A program made the position numbers and the translations under genes. 64,000 nucleotides of DNA from NCBI GenBank assembly GCA_905178155.1, contig CAJINV010000008.1:3931420-3995419 (forward strand). The letters run 5' to 3'. The notes under the pieces are model-generated. The model was not told where the DNA came from. It worked only from the letters and a program-made list of their open reading frames with translations, and ran no database searches. Origin of the DNA: Amoebophrya sp. A120 (taxonomy: Eukaryota > Protista > Dinoflagellata). This document shows positions 24,863 to 36,882 of the stretch, piece after piece (the stretch's first letter is position 1; each line of letters starts with the position of its first letter).

Positions 24863-25687
24863 GGCACAAACGCGCATGGCCTTACAGGATCAGCATGGTT
24901 AGGCTGAGAGCTCTCGCCTTCTGTCTTTCGATGCGGACGCACCGCATTAGCGTCCCTCCATTCAGCAAGCAACACGAGCAGCAGTCCGGCCTCTTCCGGG
25001 GCTACGTGCAACAACCAAAAGCGACATATGTCCGAAAATATATCTGGGGACGCTTCTGGCGGGTGGCAGCTCTGGGGATATCCGCGTCGCTGCCGCTGCT
25101 ACCGAGCTGCCGAAGGTGACAAGGGTGACCCTGGACGAGCATTGTTGCGCCTTCAAGTGGCGGCAGTGCGTGAACTGCTGCAAAAAGGAACGCGACGCCA
25201 GGAGCGTTCGCGAAGCAGACGCGCCGGAGGAGACCCCGCCCCCCTTAGCGGAGGTTCTGCGGAAGGAAAAAAAAGTCGTATAAGCAGACCTAGAAGACAT
25301 ATTTGCAGCGCATAATCAGACAGTAACGATTTTCGTCTCCTGCTGCAAACGCTACAGCACAAGCGGGGACTGACTCTGGAGCAGGCTTTGGACGCAGTAA
25401 CGTCGGCAATGATAAGCCGCCACGTCGAACGGGTCCGAATAGAAGCATCACGGCAGTGGACGAGATATCTGACCTTTCTGGCGAAGGCGAAGACGTTTTA
25501 TCACCCCGCTGGACTCTTCGGAGACCGGGCCTGGCCCGAAGTAGAGCGGTCCCGTTTCTCACCTATTCTCGATGTGATTGGTCCCGTTTACACTCACCTA
25601 TTTTACGTCCCCTCTACAATCACACTTCCTATTTTGATTACAAGCCAAAGAAGCTTGCTACGTACACTTAGTTTTTTCGCTGCAGTA

Positions 25688-25953
25688 TATGCATTGCAAA
25701 TATGTCGGGGCCAGGGAATTTCTGATGCTAGTTTATGTATTCTCGGCGGCGAGGACACGGCAATAGGCAGCCACGCGCGGCGAGCTTCTGGGCTCCTTGT
25801 CCTCTGTGATCGTGTTTCGCTTTCTGCGTGATAAATTACTTACATTCTTGTGCGACAGGCAGGAGGCTCTCTCCTGCTCACGCACTACAGGCTCAGGAGC
25901 CACGCGTGACAAGCATGACAAACTTCGAGACCCAGACATATTTGCATTGGATA
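25688..25953. mobile_element. Degenerate introner-type element (family D ends)
   Basis: tatgcattgcaaatatgtc / gacccagacatatttgcattggata; TSD eroded. Confidence 0.75.
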
Positions 25954-26337
25954 GCTTATTCTCACGAAGAAAGCGAGAGCACCCATAGATAGTCAAGGTT
26001 TTTTTCAAGCACGTGACGCGCAGATCTATACTCCTCAGCACCACACCACTATAGCTGAGTCCCCGTAGATACAGCGTTGATCAAGTTGTATTGCAATAAC
26101 AGTTCCAATGATCAGCGCCCACGGGCTGGCCTCGCCGGCAGTGAGGTGGATAGATCCGCTTTTTACTTTTTCTATGTTTTTTCGACTTTTTCAATGATTT
26201 TCGCGCTTTTTAGTGAAAAAGTCGCGCTTCAGCGAGCGACTCAAGTAGAATTATTATAAAACTACTGATATTACTTTTATTCTATTTTCTTCTCTTTATT
26301 TTCTCCTTTTCTCTGTTTTTTTTTACTTTTTCTGTAG

Positions 26338-27225
26338 AATATTGTTATGTAGGTCAGTTTACCACAGCCGCTTGATGCTTTAAATACGTTGACAAAGTGA
26401 AAACTTACATTTGATTTTGCATGGCTAACCACATTCCAGTGACGCAAGACTATTCTAGTCTGGCTCACATGGGGAACAAAGATGGTGGGGCACGCGCGCG
26501 CGTCGGTTCGTTCTTTCGGATTCGCAAAATGGCATGAGAGCGAGATAGAAGAAAATCGCGCTCGTTTTTTCAAATTAATGTGTAGCAGCAAAAAAAAAAA
26601 TTGTCGCGCACGCGAAGCCGTCGCGCAGCCGTCCGGGCCGCTCGGCCGCCCCCGCGCCGGGGCGCAGGGCGGTGCCGCTCGCGCCCCTGGAAGCCTTCCG
26701 CTCCACCGAGCGCACCGTGGCGCCGCGAACGCAGCGAAGAGGCGCGAGCGGCCCGGGCGGTCCGAGCGGCGCAGCCGCCCGGGCCGCTCGCTGCGCCGCT
26801 CGAGCCCGTCCCGCTCCCGGCAGCGGCCCGGAGCGCCGGCAAGGGCCCGAGCGGCCGGAAGCGCCCCGAGCGGCGCGGGCGGCGCCAGGCCGGAATTCCG
26901 ACCGGCGCGAGCGGTCGTGGGCGCGCGGCGGCCGGAAGTCTCGGGGCCTGGCCGCTGGTGGTCCAGGTGTTCGGGCCACATGGTAGGGGCCCCAGGCTAA
27001 GAGTGCAGTCGCATTTTCGAAAAAAGTGCGGATTTCTCGGTGTTAAATTTGAAAAGCGGCAAGACCCTGGCTCAGATCATGGCGGCGCGCTGTGCGGCCA
27101 ACGTGGCGACCCCGGTCGGAGGCGCGGCGCTTTGGACGGATCCCATACATGACAAAAAATATTTAAAATCCTGAACACATTTAAAGACCCTAACGGTTGT
27201 GGTAGAACTGACCTACTTGAATATT
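26338..27225. mobile_element. Putative old TIR element with very GC-rich interior
   Basis: aatattgttatgtaggtcagtttaccacagccg...ctttaaat (26338-26385) is an imperfect inverted copy of atttaaag...cggttgtggtagaactgacctacttgaatatt (27179-27225). Confidence 0.6.
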
Positions 27226-27297
27226 GACTTTTTCAATAATTCTTGAGTTTTTCTCTGTTTTTCTTGTGTTCGATGATTCTCACCTCTAACCCTGCTC

Positions 27298-27330
27298 GAC
27301 CAAGGAGGACAGCTTGATGTAGTGACTCTT
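27298..27330 (+). repeat. 33-bp dispersed motif, copy 3
   Basis: Identical to copy 1; continues gtaagc. Confidence 0.95.
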
Positions 27331-28441
27331 GTAAGCTTGCGCAGGCCACTAGCAAAGATCCTGTCCCGGAGGGCCGCCGATTTTTTCTATTTTTTTTTCA
27401 AATTTTAAATTTTTTTGCATCCACTTCCTGAACGTGGTGCTCGACTTTGTTGCTCTGGGAAACGACGCTACGCCTTTTTGCTGCAGTCGGATGACGGGGA
27501 CGGCCTCGAACTATAGAGCTTGGGCGTGTCCGCCACACAGAAGGTCCACAGCAGTCCTCAAGCTGGTATGAAAAAGCGCAAAGCTTTATCAGTGTTCGCC
27601 CCCGTGCCGCGACGAATTGGCAGACTTTTTCGTCGCCTGTGTAGTGACGCTCTGGCACTACTCCGCCGCATTCGTTAAAAGCGCATGCCGAGCTTGGCTC
27701 TCGAGCGTTTGCGACGTCCCGCCCTGTGGGGGCCACGAGAAAATGCCGGCCTTTTGTCTTTGCTCTGCGCTATCTCGTAGCGCGCAAATCCTTTTTGCTC
27801 TTAGTGTTTCCTTTTCGAGGCGCCTGCGCCGGGCCTTCCGGGAAGATGATTCTTCAGGGGCGGGATGTTGCGAGCAAAGCCACCCTCCCTGCCGCGGGGG
27901 CCGGGGAGTTGTTCCAAGACGAAAAAAATGAAGCCCACCGAAGGACGGGGGGCGGCACCAGTCCAGGCGCGTTGGGCTCTTCAAAGATTGAAACTTCGAG
28001 GATCTGAGGGGGGAAATGCTATCGAGCTCGGCACCTCTAGGCCTTTGCGCCTTATAATAAATAGACACGGCCCCACGGCGCGCGTGTCCTTGCGTTTTCG
28101 CTCTTTTGCCCGATGTCGATATTTCTAACCCGCAACGCACCGCCGGGGCCTGATCCGGGAAGCATGAACGAACAAAGATCCCGCGATGGCCGATCTCTGC
28201 TCATGGGCATAACCCAAGTAGCCAAGAGGGCGGGCGCGAAGGAGGGGGCGAGGGCTTTGGGACGCGGCCATAGCCATGGCGAGAAACGAAAGAAGGGGCT
28301 GCCTCGCAGGCGGTGAGATGTTGAGCGTGCGATAGTGCCTCCAGCCCCGACTCGCTGGCTTAGAATTTGTCTCTGGAAAATCCGTGCACGCCGCCAAGCG
28401 GCAGGAGCCATCTCCACAGGAAGGGCCATCTCCACAGGAAG

Positions 28442-28474
28442 GACCAAGGAGGACAGCTTGATGTAGTGACTCTT
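28442..28474 (+). repeat. 33-bp dispersed motif, copy 4
   Basis: Identical to copy 1; continues ggcacgaagtt. Confidence 0.95.
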
Positions 28475-29528
28475 GGCACGAAGTTGTTACAAACGGCGAC
28501 GCACGTTACCGTCCTTGTGCGATAACGAGACCAGGACGAAACCAAAACGAAGCCAGGCGGACAGCTTTCACAAGCGCCCGCCTGTGTTGAAATTTGTGCC
28601 TGCGATAATGATCCTCCGAAAAGCTTCCCGGGCCCCCAGCCTTTGGGCGCCTGTTGCCTGTAAGCCGGGGCGCCCTTTATGTTGTGCGCCCGGTGGCCCC
28701 GGGCGCGTCGTGTTGTGCATGTGGATGATGTTGTGGCGCGGCGTGCCGCCGGGCTCAATTTTTGAGCCGCACGGCACCACAAACATGAAAAAGCGCTGGC
28801 CCTCGCAAGGCTTTGCATTTCTCGCATGCCCAGGGGGTGCCGCCTTCGTTTTGCCTGGCCGGTGCTGGCTTCCCTGGTGAGCCCCAGCGCCCCGCGCAAT
28901 CATGCTTGCAGGGAAGCACCGAGTGGGAGTGCTTCAGGAAGGCGGGGCCCCCCCGGCCCCGCGTGGCTCATGCCGGGCTTCGGGTGGGCTTGCGCATGGG
29001 GTTGCGCGCCGCCGGGCGAAACGACGTCGCGGCCCCCTCTTCTAAAAAGGAAAAGCGGGAAGGCGGTGTGTCCCAGGCTGGCATGCAGCGCGCACGCCCC
29101 CCGCTTGTGTTGTGGTGCCGCGCGTGGGCGTGCTCCCTGAAAAACGAAACTGGCGAAAGTATGGCGGCCGCGAGAGAGACCAGCTGCCCGCTTGCTCACT
29201 TTAGGGCCCCCCCATTGCCCCTTGTCTTTACCCTCCTTCGGCCCCCCAGCCCGGGCCCCTCGGCGAAACTAGCAGCCCGGGCCAGGCCCTCCCGCTGTTT
29301 TGCCTTATGCAGGACACACCGCCGCGCGGCAGCAGGCGCCGGCCCGGCCGCCCGCGCGCCAGGGCGGGGCCGGGGGAATTTTTGTGGGCGGCCGGCTGTG
29401 AACGGCACGCCCGGACCCCATGGACCTGCGCGGCCTTGCTATGCTTGAATGTATGATTGCCGGCCGGCACCGCTTTGTTGGGCTGCTCGCGGCGGCCCCA
29501 GGTCCCGGCGGCCATCAGCAGCCGCCCC

Positions 29529-29561
29529 GGCCGAGGTGGACTGCTTGATGTAGTGACTCTT
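29529..29561 (+). repeat. 33-bp dispersed motif, copy 5 (4 substitutions)
   Basis: ggccgaggtggactgcttgatgtagtgactctt, continues ggcacgaagtt as in copy 4. Confidence 0.9.
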
Positions 29562-30100
29562 GGCACGAAGTTCAACATCAGATGTGGCTTTCTTGTTTTG
29601 TGCTCCTGGGAAAAACCGCAGTGCAAACTGATTGGTCAACAGGACGAAGAAGAAGCGCGTGTTGGTGTTCATCTTCATCGTATATCCCTGGTTTAACCGG
29701 ACTGAGTCTGAGTGCCAGCCATAATTTGAAGGGAAACAAAGAGTCTCGCAAACAGACTTGCTTCTGCTCCTGGTTGAATGCTCGGAAGATTCGTCTGCGA
29801 GGAAGATCTTCTTGCACTACTGGTTGATGGAAGCTAGTAAAGGCGAATCCGCAACCGCAAACGAACCCTATGCTATCTTTTCCTGGACCGAGAGGTTGAA
29901 GTTCGTTGATACACGGTGCATGGCCGTAGAACTAGAAGTAGAAAAAGAAATAGTTTTTAGCGTCGGGGTCGGTTTCAGTATGAGTTTCACCATCATCTCT
30001 TTCCTTGCTCGATACAACTGAGAAAACCGTTTTTCTCAACAGGAGATCGGATTTCATTTATGTACAGTCGTCTTTCGGAAACAGAACGAAACAACCACGT

Positions 30101-32591
30101 ATGCCGGTTCTATTCGTTGACGCGTCGTATATGTTTTCCTCCGAAGGAGGCAGTGTGGGAAAACAAGAAGAGGAACCAAACGCACGATTTCTCGGGTCAT
30201 GTCCAGATTCCACTGTTCGCCCTTCACGCGGCCCCTTGTACGACGCAAAACTGCTCGAGAAAATTTGTCGTGGCTTCCTGCGAACAAAGGTATCAAGCTC
30301 GACCGCGCACCGGCGCAGCTCAGCAGCTGGAGCTGATTCATCTCGTGGCACAGCTGCTTTTTCATCTGGAAAAAACGAAATTGGTGCCGCGCCTTCGGGT
30401 AGCGCGCTTGAAGATGATGTTGAAGAAGATAGTAGAACTACAAATGAGAAAGTCCTGGCAGAACAGCGGCCGGACGAAAAGCTATTCCGCATTCCAGGCT
30501 CAAGTACAGCCGCAGCCATCCCGATTCCCGGTTTGATTTACGCCGACGATGACGTCGAGGAGGAACAAGGACAAGGAGTTCTGAAGCACGCTTCTGAGCA
30601 GCACCAGCATGCCTCCCCTTGTTCCTCGGCTCATGGTCCTCCTAGGATGGTTCACCTTCTCAGCGGAAATCGCTCGGCTAACCTTGCCTCGCCTGAGAAG
30701 ATATCAGACCAACAGCAGCTCCGGCAACTTGCCGCCTCCGTGCCGAATATTCTCGGCGTGATTTTTTTGCTGGACGCAACAAACCGGAAAGAATTGCACA
30801 GAGCGCATGTACGAAATGTTGGAAATTTTCTAGGCGAGAAGTTGATGGTCCTGCTGTTTCCCGCTGGTGTGGCTGTTTGTGCAAGGATGTTGACTAGGTA
30901 TGAATGTATCATCCTCGTCAAAGAACTGCCGCGAAGTCGCTCTTTGTGTTTTCCTTTGCTGGCCTCCTGGCCACTTTTCATCTTCGTTGAGGTGTGAGAT
31001 GAAATGCTGTCGGTGCACAGAGCCAGCAGGCAGCGCGACAACGAACAGCACTAAGATCTCTCTCTTTCACTCCGCTTCACTGTGGGAATACTAACTAACT
31101 AACTTTGCGCCAGTGCGTGGTAAGCAGTTGCTCGCCACAGCTTGGATAATTTCTTAGCTTGCAATACGGGCTTTGTTCACCGAACTTTTTTCGACTCTGG
31201 AGCAGAAATTTCTCGCCCAAGTCGGCGGGGCCGCAGACGCTGAGGACGACGTGGGAGACCACGAGCAAGACGAGCACAAGCGTCGTGTCGGAGCACGACC
31301 AGCCTCAAGCAGTAGAGGAAAGGGTAACCGCGAGCAGAAGAATCTGAATGACTATGACAGCGGCGACAGCCTCGCTGCAGCGACAAGCGCCGACGCCGAG
31401 ACATTTATGGCAGCTTTGCCATCAATGCCCTCCGCAGCTCCGCAAGTAGCGAATGAACGAGATGAATGGACAGAAAGCCAGCAGGAGGAGCATCTTCACG
31501 CGCTGTTACACACGCTGGATGCGTCGGATTCGCAGAATGTTTTTTCCGCAAACGAAATTGTGGGGGGAACGACGGACCTTACTTCAGAAGTGCTGGGACT
31601 GACGTCCGAGGACCTGCGTCGAGCCGATCTGGGAGGAACAAACGGCAGGACCACGGACACAACGATTTTGAACACTGCAGGAGCAGTGCCCGGCGCTGCT
31701 AATGTCGGTCTTCGCGAGAATAATGGAAAAATTCATGGCGCCAGGAGCAGCAGGAGCCCAACAAACCATGATCCAGAGGACTTACTCCTGTTCCCGGAGC
31801 TCGGCTCTCCCACGGCAAAGCAGCGAGACGCCACGCAGCGGGAATTTCACGAACTATACCTGACCGGCAAGACCTTGGTTCAAGAAGCGCAGCTTGCTGT
31901 CGGGCGTCATAGTGATAATCCTCATCATGACGGCGGCGGCGATCAATACAGGGTTCCTCGTCCTCCTGGGGGCATGAATGCTGGCGAAAATAATGTTCCT
32001 TCGGCACAACGGCAAAAGACATACCACAAGAAAAACATTTTCAAAATTTCTTGGCTGTTTCTGGCAAACGAGCCACAGGGGAGCGACATGAATTTCTCGG
32101 GTACTAACAAGTCCGTTGCCAGAAAATCTCTGCCGCTGTCCCCCCTGCAAATTGCGCAGGAATTTCGCCTACACGAGGTTTTTTCATCTTCGGAGACACC
32201 AGTTTTTAGCCTCGCACGCAACGGAAAAGCCGACTACAGCTCTTTCGAGCCTTCGTTTCTCGTGCAGCCCTGCGCCCTTTCTGTTTTCGAAGAGGTGAGC
32301 GAGGAGCTGCAGGAAGGTGGTGGTCCAGGAGGTGCTACAACTCGTCGTGGTCCCTCTGTTGATCCTAGAATTCTAGGTGGCACCTCTGATGTGCAACTAC
32401 ATCGTCGGAATCTCTTGACCAGTTTGGAGCGAGACTACGGACTGAAACAGGGAATCGATTGGCTTGTGCAAAGACTGGTGTTCGCCGGGCAATGTCGAAG
32501 GGTTGTTCATGGAGGACAGAAAGAAAAACTTTCTGATTTTCAGTCCACCTCCCAGGCGAAGAGTGTAGTAACTGGGCAGCAAGAGGAGTGA
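30101..32591 (+). CDS. Divergent Arf/Arl-like small GTPase-fold protein with large insertions
   Basis: QLRQL...GVIFLLDATNRKELHRAH, WLFLANE, VQPCALS and YGLKQGIDWLVQRL follow Arf-family motif order; intron ~30808-31160. Confidence 0.55.
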
Positions 32592-34534
32592 GACTGCATC
32601 TACTTCGGAGGTACTAACGCTCTCTTGTAGTTCTTCATCTAAGCATGACGAAGGCTTCACAGCTATCGCCTAAATTCTCGAAGCAGTATCTGGACAAAAA
32701 TAAATTCGCATTCGGCGCCGCACCAGGATAGACCCTAGACAAGTACTGTGTCTGTTCATAACTGCGACCGTTGATCCATATCTGTATCTGGTGTTGCGGA
32801 AAAACGCAATTGTGTGAAAGAAAGAGAAATATAATAAAGTTGCAATTGTTGTAACCGGCAGAACGTCGTGCGCCACTAAAATCGTCAACACGTGTTCGAC
32901 GAGACACAAAAAGATATCAAAATCATCCATAGATATCGGTGAAGGTACTTACTCATACTGAAAATTTCGAATTCGTTCACAAAAGTAACAATTCCGTTCG
33001 CAACAAAAAACTCCATACGTACAAACCACATTGCCACGACTCGAACTCGTGATGGTGCATAGAAGATACTCTCCTGACACTAAACTTCAGTCCTCGTACG
33101 AAGCAAAAACGCAGCTTCTCGTACAACGAAGCAAAAATGTTAATATGTACCCGTACATGAGTAGAGTCACGAACAAACGTGCAATTATGGTGCTTCGACA
33201 TCATGGCAGTGCTCGATCCACCTCGCAATAGGATACTGTGACTCAGCAACAGCTCGACATACCATCCTTAGTTGTGTGAGCGACACACCAATAGATCGGA
33301 GGTGAGTTTTCAAACTCAAAGAACACCAGGAGCGAGGACGAGAATAGACGTTCGCTTGTCGGCCTCGACTTCGAATTTGGAATCTTCGGACCACCACAAA
33401 TTCTATTGCATACAATTTGCAAACTCTAATACAGGGACCCGAGGTGTAGCAGCGGTTACAAACCGCTTTCGAACACGGAAGGTTCACCAAGGAAGCGCAC
33501 TACAGAAAAGCCCCGTAATAAATAAGTACAGCCCTTGTAGCGGACTTAAAGACTCTACTATAGCCCTCGACAGAGCACTCTTCTATTTGATCGTAACTCA
33601 AACAACTATTGACAGCTTAGCTTCGATATTGTTACACATCAATAAAAGTGGAGTTTTCTTCATCATAAGTACCCACCACGCTATCAGTGCAGAACCTTTT
33701 AGTCCTCATCCTCAAGTTGTGCTCGTATTTGTTTTAGGAACGCCAAAATAGTATACACTTGTGTGCTGTGAGCGACTTCGCGCTACTTCATCCAAATTTT
33801 GTACCGCACCTGAGCTGCAGACTGACTCCATCAACATTGTTGTCCGAAAACAACTCTACTTTCAATCAAAATCAAATCGAAATTCCATTGTACATTAGTT
33901 GAGCAGCAATCCAGGTGATTGTCAACAAAATCCTAAAAGAACGCAGATCAACAAAGTAAATCCTCCAACACAAAAAAAGAAAATCCACACACGACATTTC
34001 ATTTAAGTGAGCTATTTCTTTTGCTACCCGCCCAGTAGTATTTTTTCATCCTCCACGAACCAAATTTCGAAACCCCCGGGTAGACGACAACCTCCACGAC
34101 GAATTTCTCCAGCGTCGCTCTATTCTGACAGCATCATCATCTAACTATTCTGATTGCGACAAGAACCAAACTTTTGCAGGGACGAGGACGAGAAATCAGA
34201 AAGAAAAAAAACAAAAATAATAGCAACAACATCAGCTGCTTTTTTTTGATCATTCAGAGTCATCCTCTGTCGCGACCTGCGTCTCCTTTGTGCGCCACAG
34301 TGTCGCACGGAGCAGGTCCGCGACACCTAGAGTTTGATTTCTTGATATTAGACTATTTTTGTTTTTCTGATTCAAGGATCATTATAGGCTAAAGCTTCCA
34401 TCTGATATCCCTAGGTGTAAGACCACAACTACAGCACCAAGTTCGATAACGAGCTAGAGTTTGAGTTTGAAATTAATAAGTGCTCTTCCTGCACATTGCT
34501 AAATTAGAATAACATCCGAACAACCACAACTACC

Positions 34535-36882
34535 ATGGCGACTGTGCAACCAGTAGAAGATCTCCTTTTGTTGGAGCAGGCAGAGGTAGATATGCCTTTG
34601 CAGCGCAGCAGCGTGGAGCTCAGCATAGACGAAATGCTTCTCAGCATCGAAGGTAGGGCCTCCACCGGTGGCAACAAAACCAAGTCGCAAAAGAAGCGGG
34701 AGAAGCGAAAGGGAAAGCTCGTCCAGGCGAGTACCGCCGTCGAAGCTGCAGCAACAGGAGCAGCAGTGTCTACCACACCGCAAGTCTTCGCCGGTGCTGA
34801 TATTCCGGGTCCGGGTTGTTCACCCATGAAGAGTACGAAGACCCGACGGAGTAGCCAGCTGCTGACGACTCTAGTCGAGAACAGTTGCTGTGCACCAGGA
34901 GGCGGCGCATCGCTCGCAAACCATGGGTCTTCTTGTGTCGCTTCTTCTAGCGCACCAGGAGTTACGGTCACTTCGAAAACTGCGATGGCGCACCCAGCCG
35001 TCGCACGGCGCACGGTGACCGAAGAGGATTTGTCCGCGTTGCTGCTCCACCAGAAGACTTCTTCACCGTGCAAAGGTATGAAAAGTCGGGCGCCCGGCGC
35101 TCCTGCGCGTACTCCATGCAATAGGATCGCGGCTCAACAACACCTGAAGCAGCAGGACAACCAGCACCAAAACGGCGGAAAATACTTTTCTTCCGAACTT
35201 TTCGAGGATCTTCAGGACGGGAACTACAGTGAGGAGTCCCTAACACGAAGCAGCACCGCTGCTGGCGGCGTGAATCATGTTGCTGACGCCTGTACAACTG
35301 TCCAGGAACAGCTGCGGAACGTGTCGCAGCTGTCGCTCCTGGAGTTGGCGGAAATTCCAAGGAAGTCGCTGCTGGACAAGGATTGCGACGCTTTGCTGCA
35401 GCAATCCAACGATCCGACGCTGGTAGACGACCTGCGGGCGAGTGAGTACGGCGAAGGCGCGGCCACTTGTGTCGTTTTTAGAAAAATTTCCACGCAGGAC
35501 GACATTCTGGAGCAGGTACGTCGACGACGCGTTCGTTGTTTCTCTTTTATACGATCATTTTTACAGTCCAACTCCCTAAAATCATCAGTGTGTTGTTAGT
35601 GCTTGCTTTTTTGAACCACACCAAGATGCAAGATGCACCAAATTATTCCAACACAGATCCTCGCATCCGAGCTGGAACGCCACAGCCAATGCCAGAGCCA
35701 CGCTCCTCTCTCCGGCGATTCCCCGAGCACCCCCTCCACCCGTGTTCCGGACATCTCCCCGGCCGTGTTAACCGGGGCGCACGACCAGTCCATGTCCTCC
35801 GATGTGCCATGTCTCTCCCTGTCCCCAACCCTAAGCGCTGGTGCCTCAGCGATCACCCCCACAGCGACTGCGACGCCAGCGACTAGTAGTAGTACGAGAA
35901 ACGACCACCCCGAAGAAGTGAAGAGGATAAAGCTGCTTCCAGGCGACGTCGAAGGAGGTAGTTCTCTAGCAGCACTGCCAGCGATATTACACACAAAAAC
36001 TGCGGTTGATGACGCTACGACCGTCGAAGCGGACACCAGTTCCGCTCCGGTCGAGGAGGAAATAGCGGAAAAGCTCACCAGCAAACAGCCATCTGTGAAG
36101 GCGAAGAAAGAGGATGTACTGATTTTTTACAGCTTTCATTTTCATAATTTTTCTTGTGAGTTGTTCATGGCTCGTCGCGTAACGTAATTTAGTTAGTAGT
36201 ACTTGGCTGCACGACTTGTCGCCGTCCACGTGGTCCTGCAAATAGCTTATAGATAGTTCACCTAGAAGCTAGATTAGGACCCCCGAAAAACAAAATAAAA
36301 CAGCTGACCTTCCACGTCGATCTGCGGCCGAACAACAGGGAGACGCTGTCGGAGCTGGAGCTGGGCCTGGTTGAGCAGACCAAGCAGCTTTTTAATTCCG
36401 AGTTCGAGGAAGACTTCGCGACCCAGTGCAGCAAGAAGGGCGGCTACCGCCTGACGATCATGACGGAGAAGGACACGAACGAGGTCTGCAGCTTCGTCAT
36501 GTACAAAATCAACCCGAAGGAGAAATGCTTGTCCATCGCCCACGTGGCGGTTCCCGCGTCGAAGCGGCGGCGGGGGTTCGGGAAAATCATGATGCAGTGG
36601 GTGATCAAGTACGCCAAGAAGCAGCCGCGCTCCAACGTCGCCTTCCTCGCCCTGTCCAGCATGCCGGGCAGCATCAAGTTCCACCAGAGTCTCGGCTTCA
36701 AGAAGGACAAGAAAATGATGAACAAGTCGAAAGACAGTAGTACTTCTACTTCGCCTCTGTCGCCGCGAGGAGGTGGTGGTGGAGTGGAGAATCTTCAGAT
36801 GAACAATCCGGCGAACGAAGATGAAATTCAGTACGCGGAAGGACAAGTCTACATGACCTACCCCATCAAGGGCGGACGATGA
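34535..36882 (+). CDS. GNAT-family N-acetyltransferase with long low-complexity N-terminus (multi-exon)
   Basis: LSIAHVAVPASKRRRGFGKIMMQWVIKYAK (motif A) and SIKFHQSLGF (motif B) in the last exon. Confidence 0.75.

Noticed and set aside
26277-29448. Arg/Ala/Pro-rich ORFs in GC-rich blocks
   Set aside because: Open on both strands because of composition; no domain recognised.
23181-29561. 33-bp repeats as a CRISPR array
   Set aside because: Intervals are 1.1-2.5 kb and unequal, the context is eukaryotic and no cas genes are visible.
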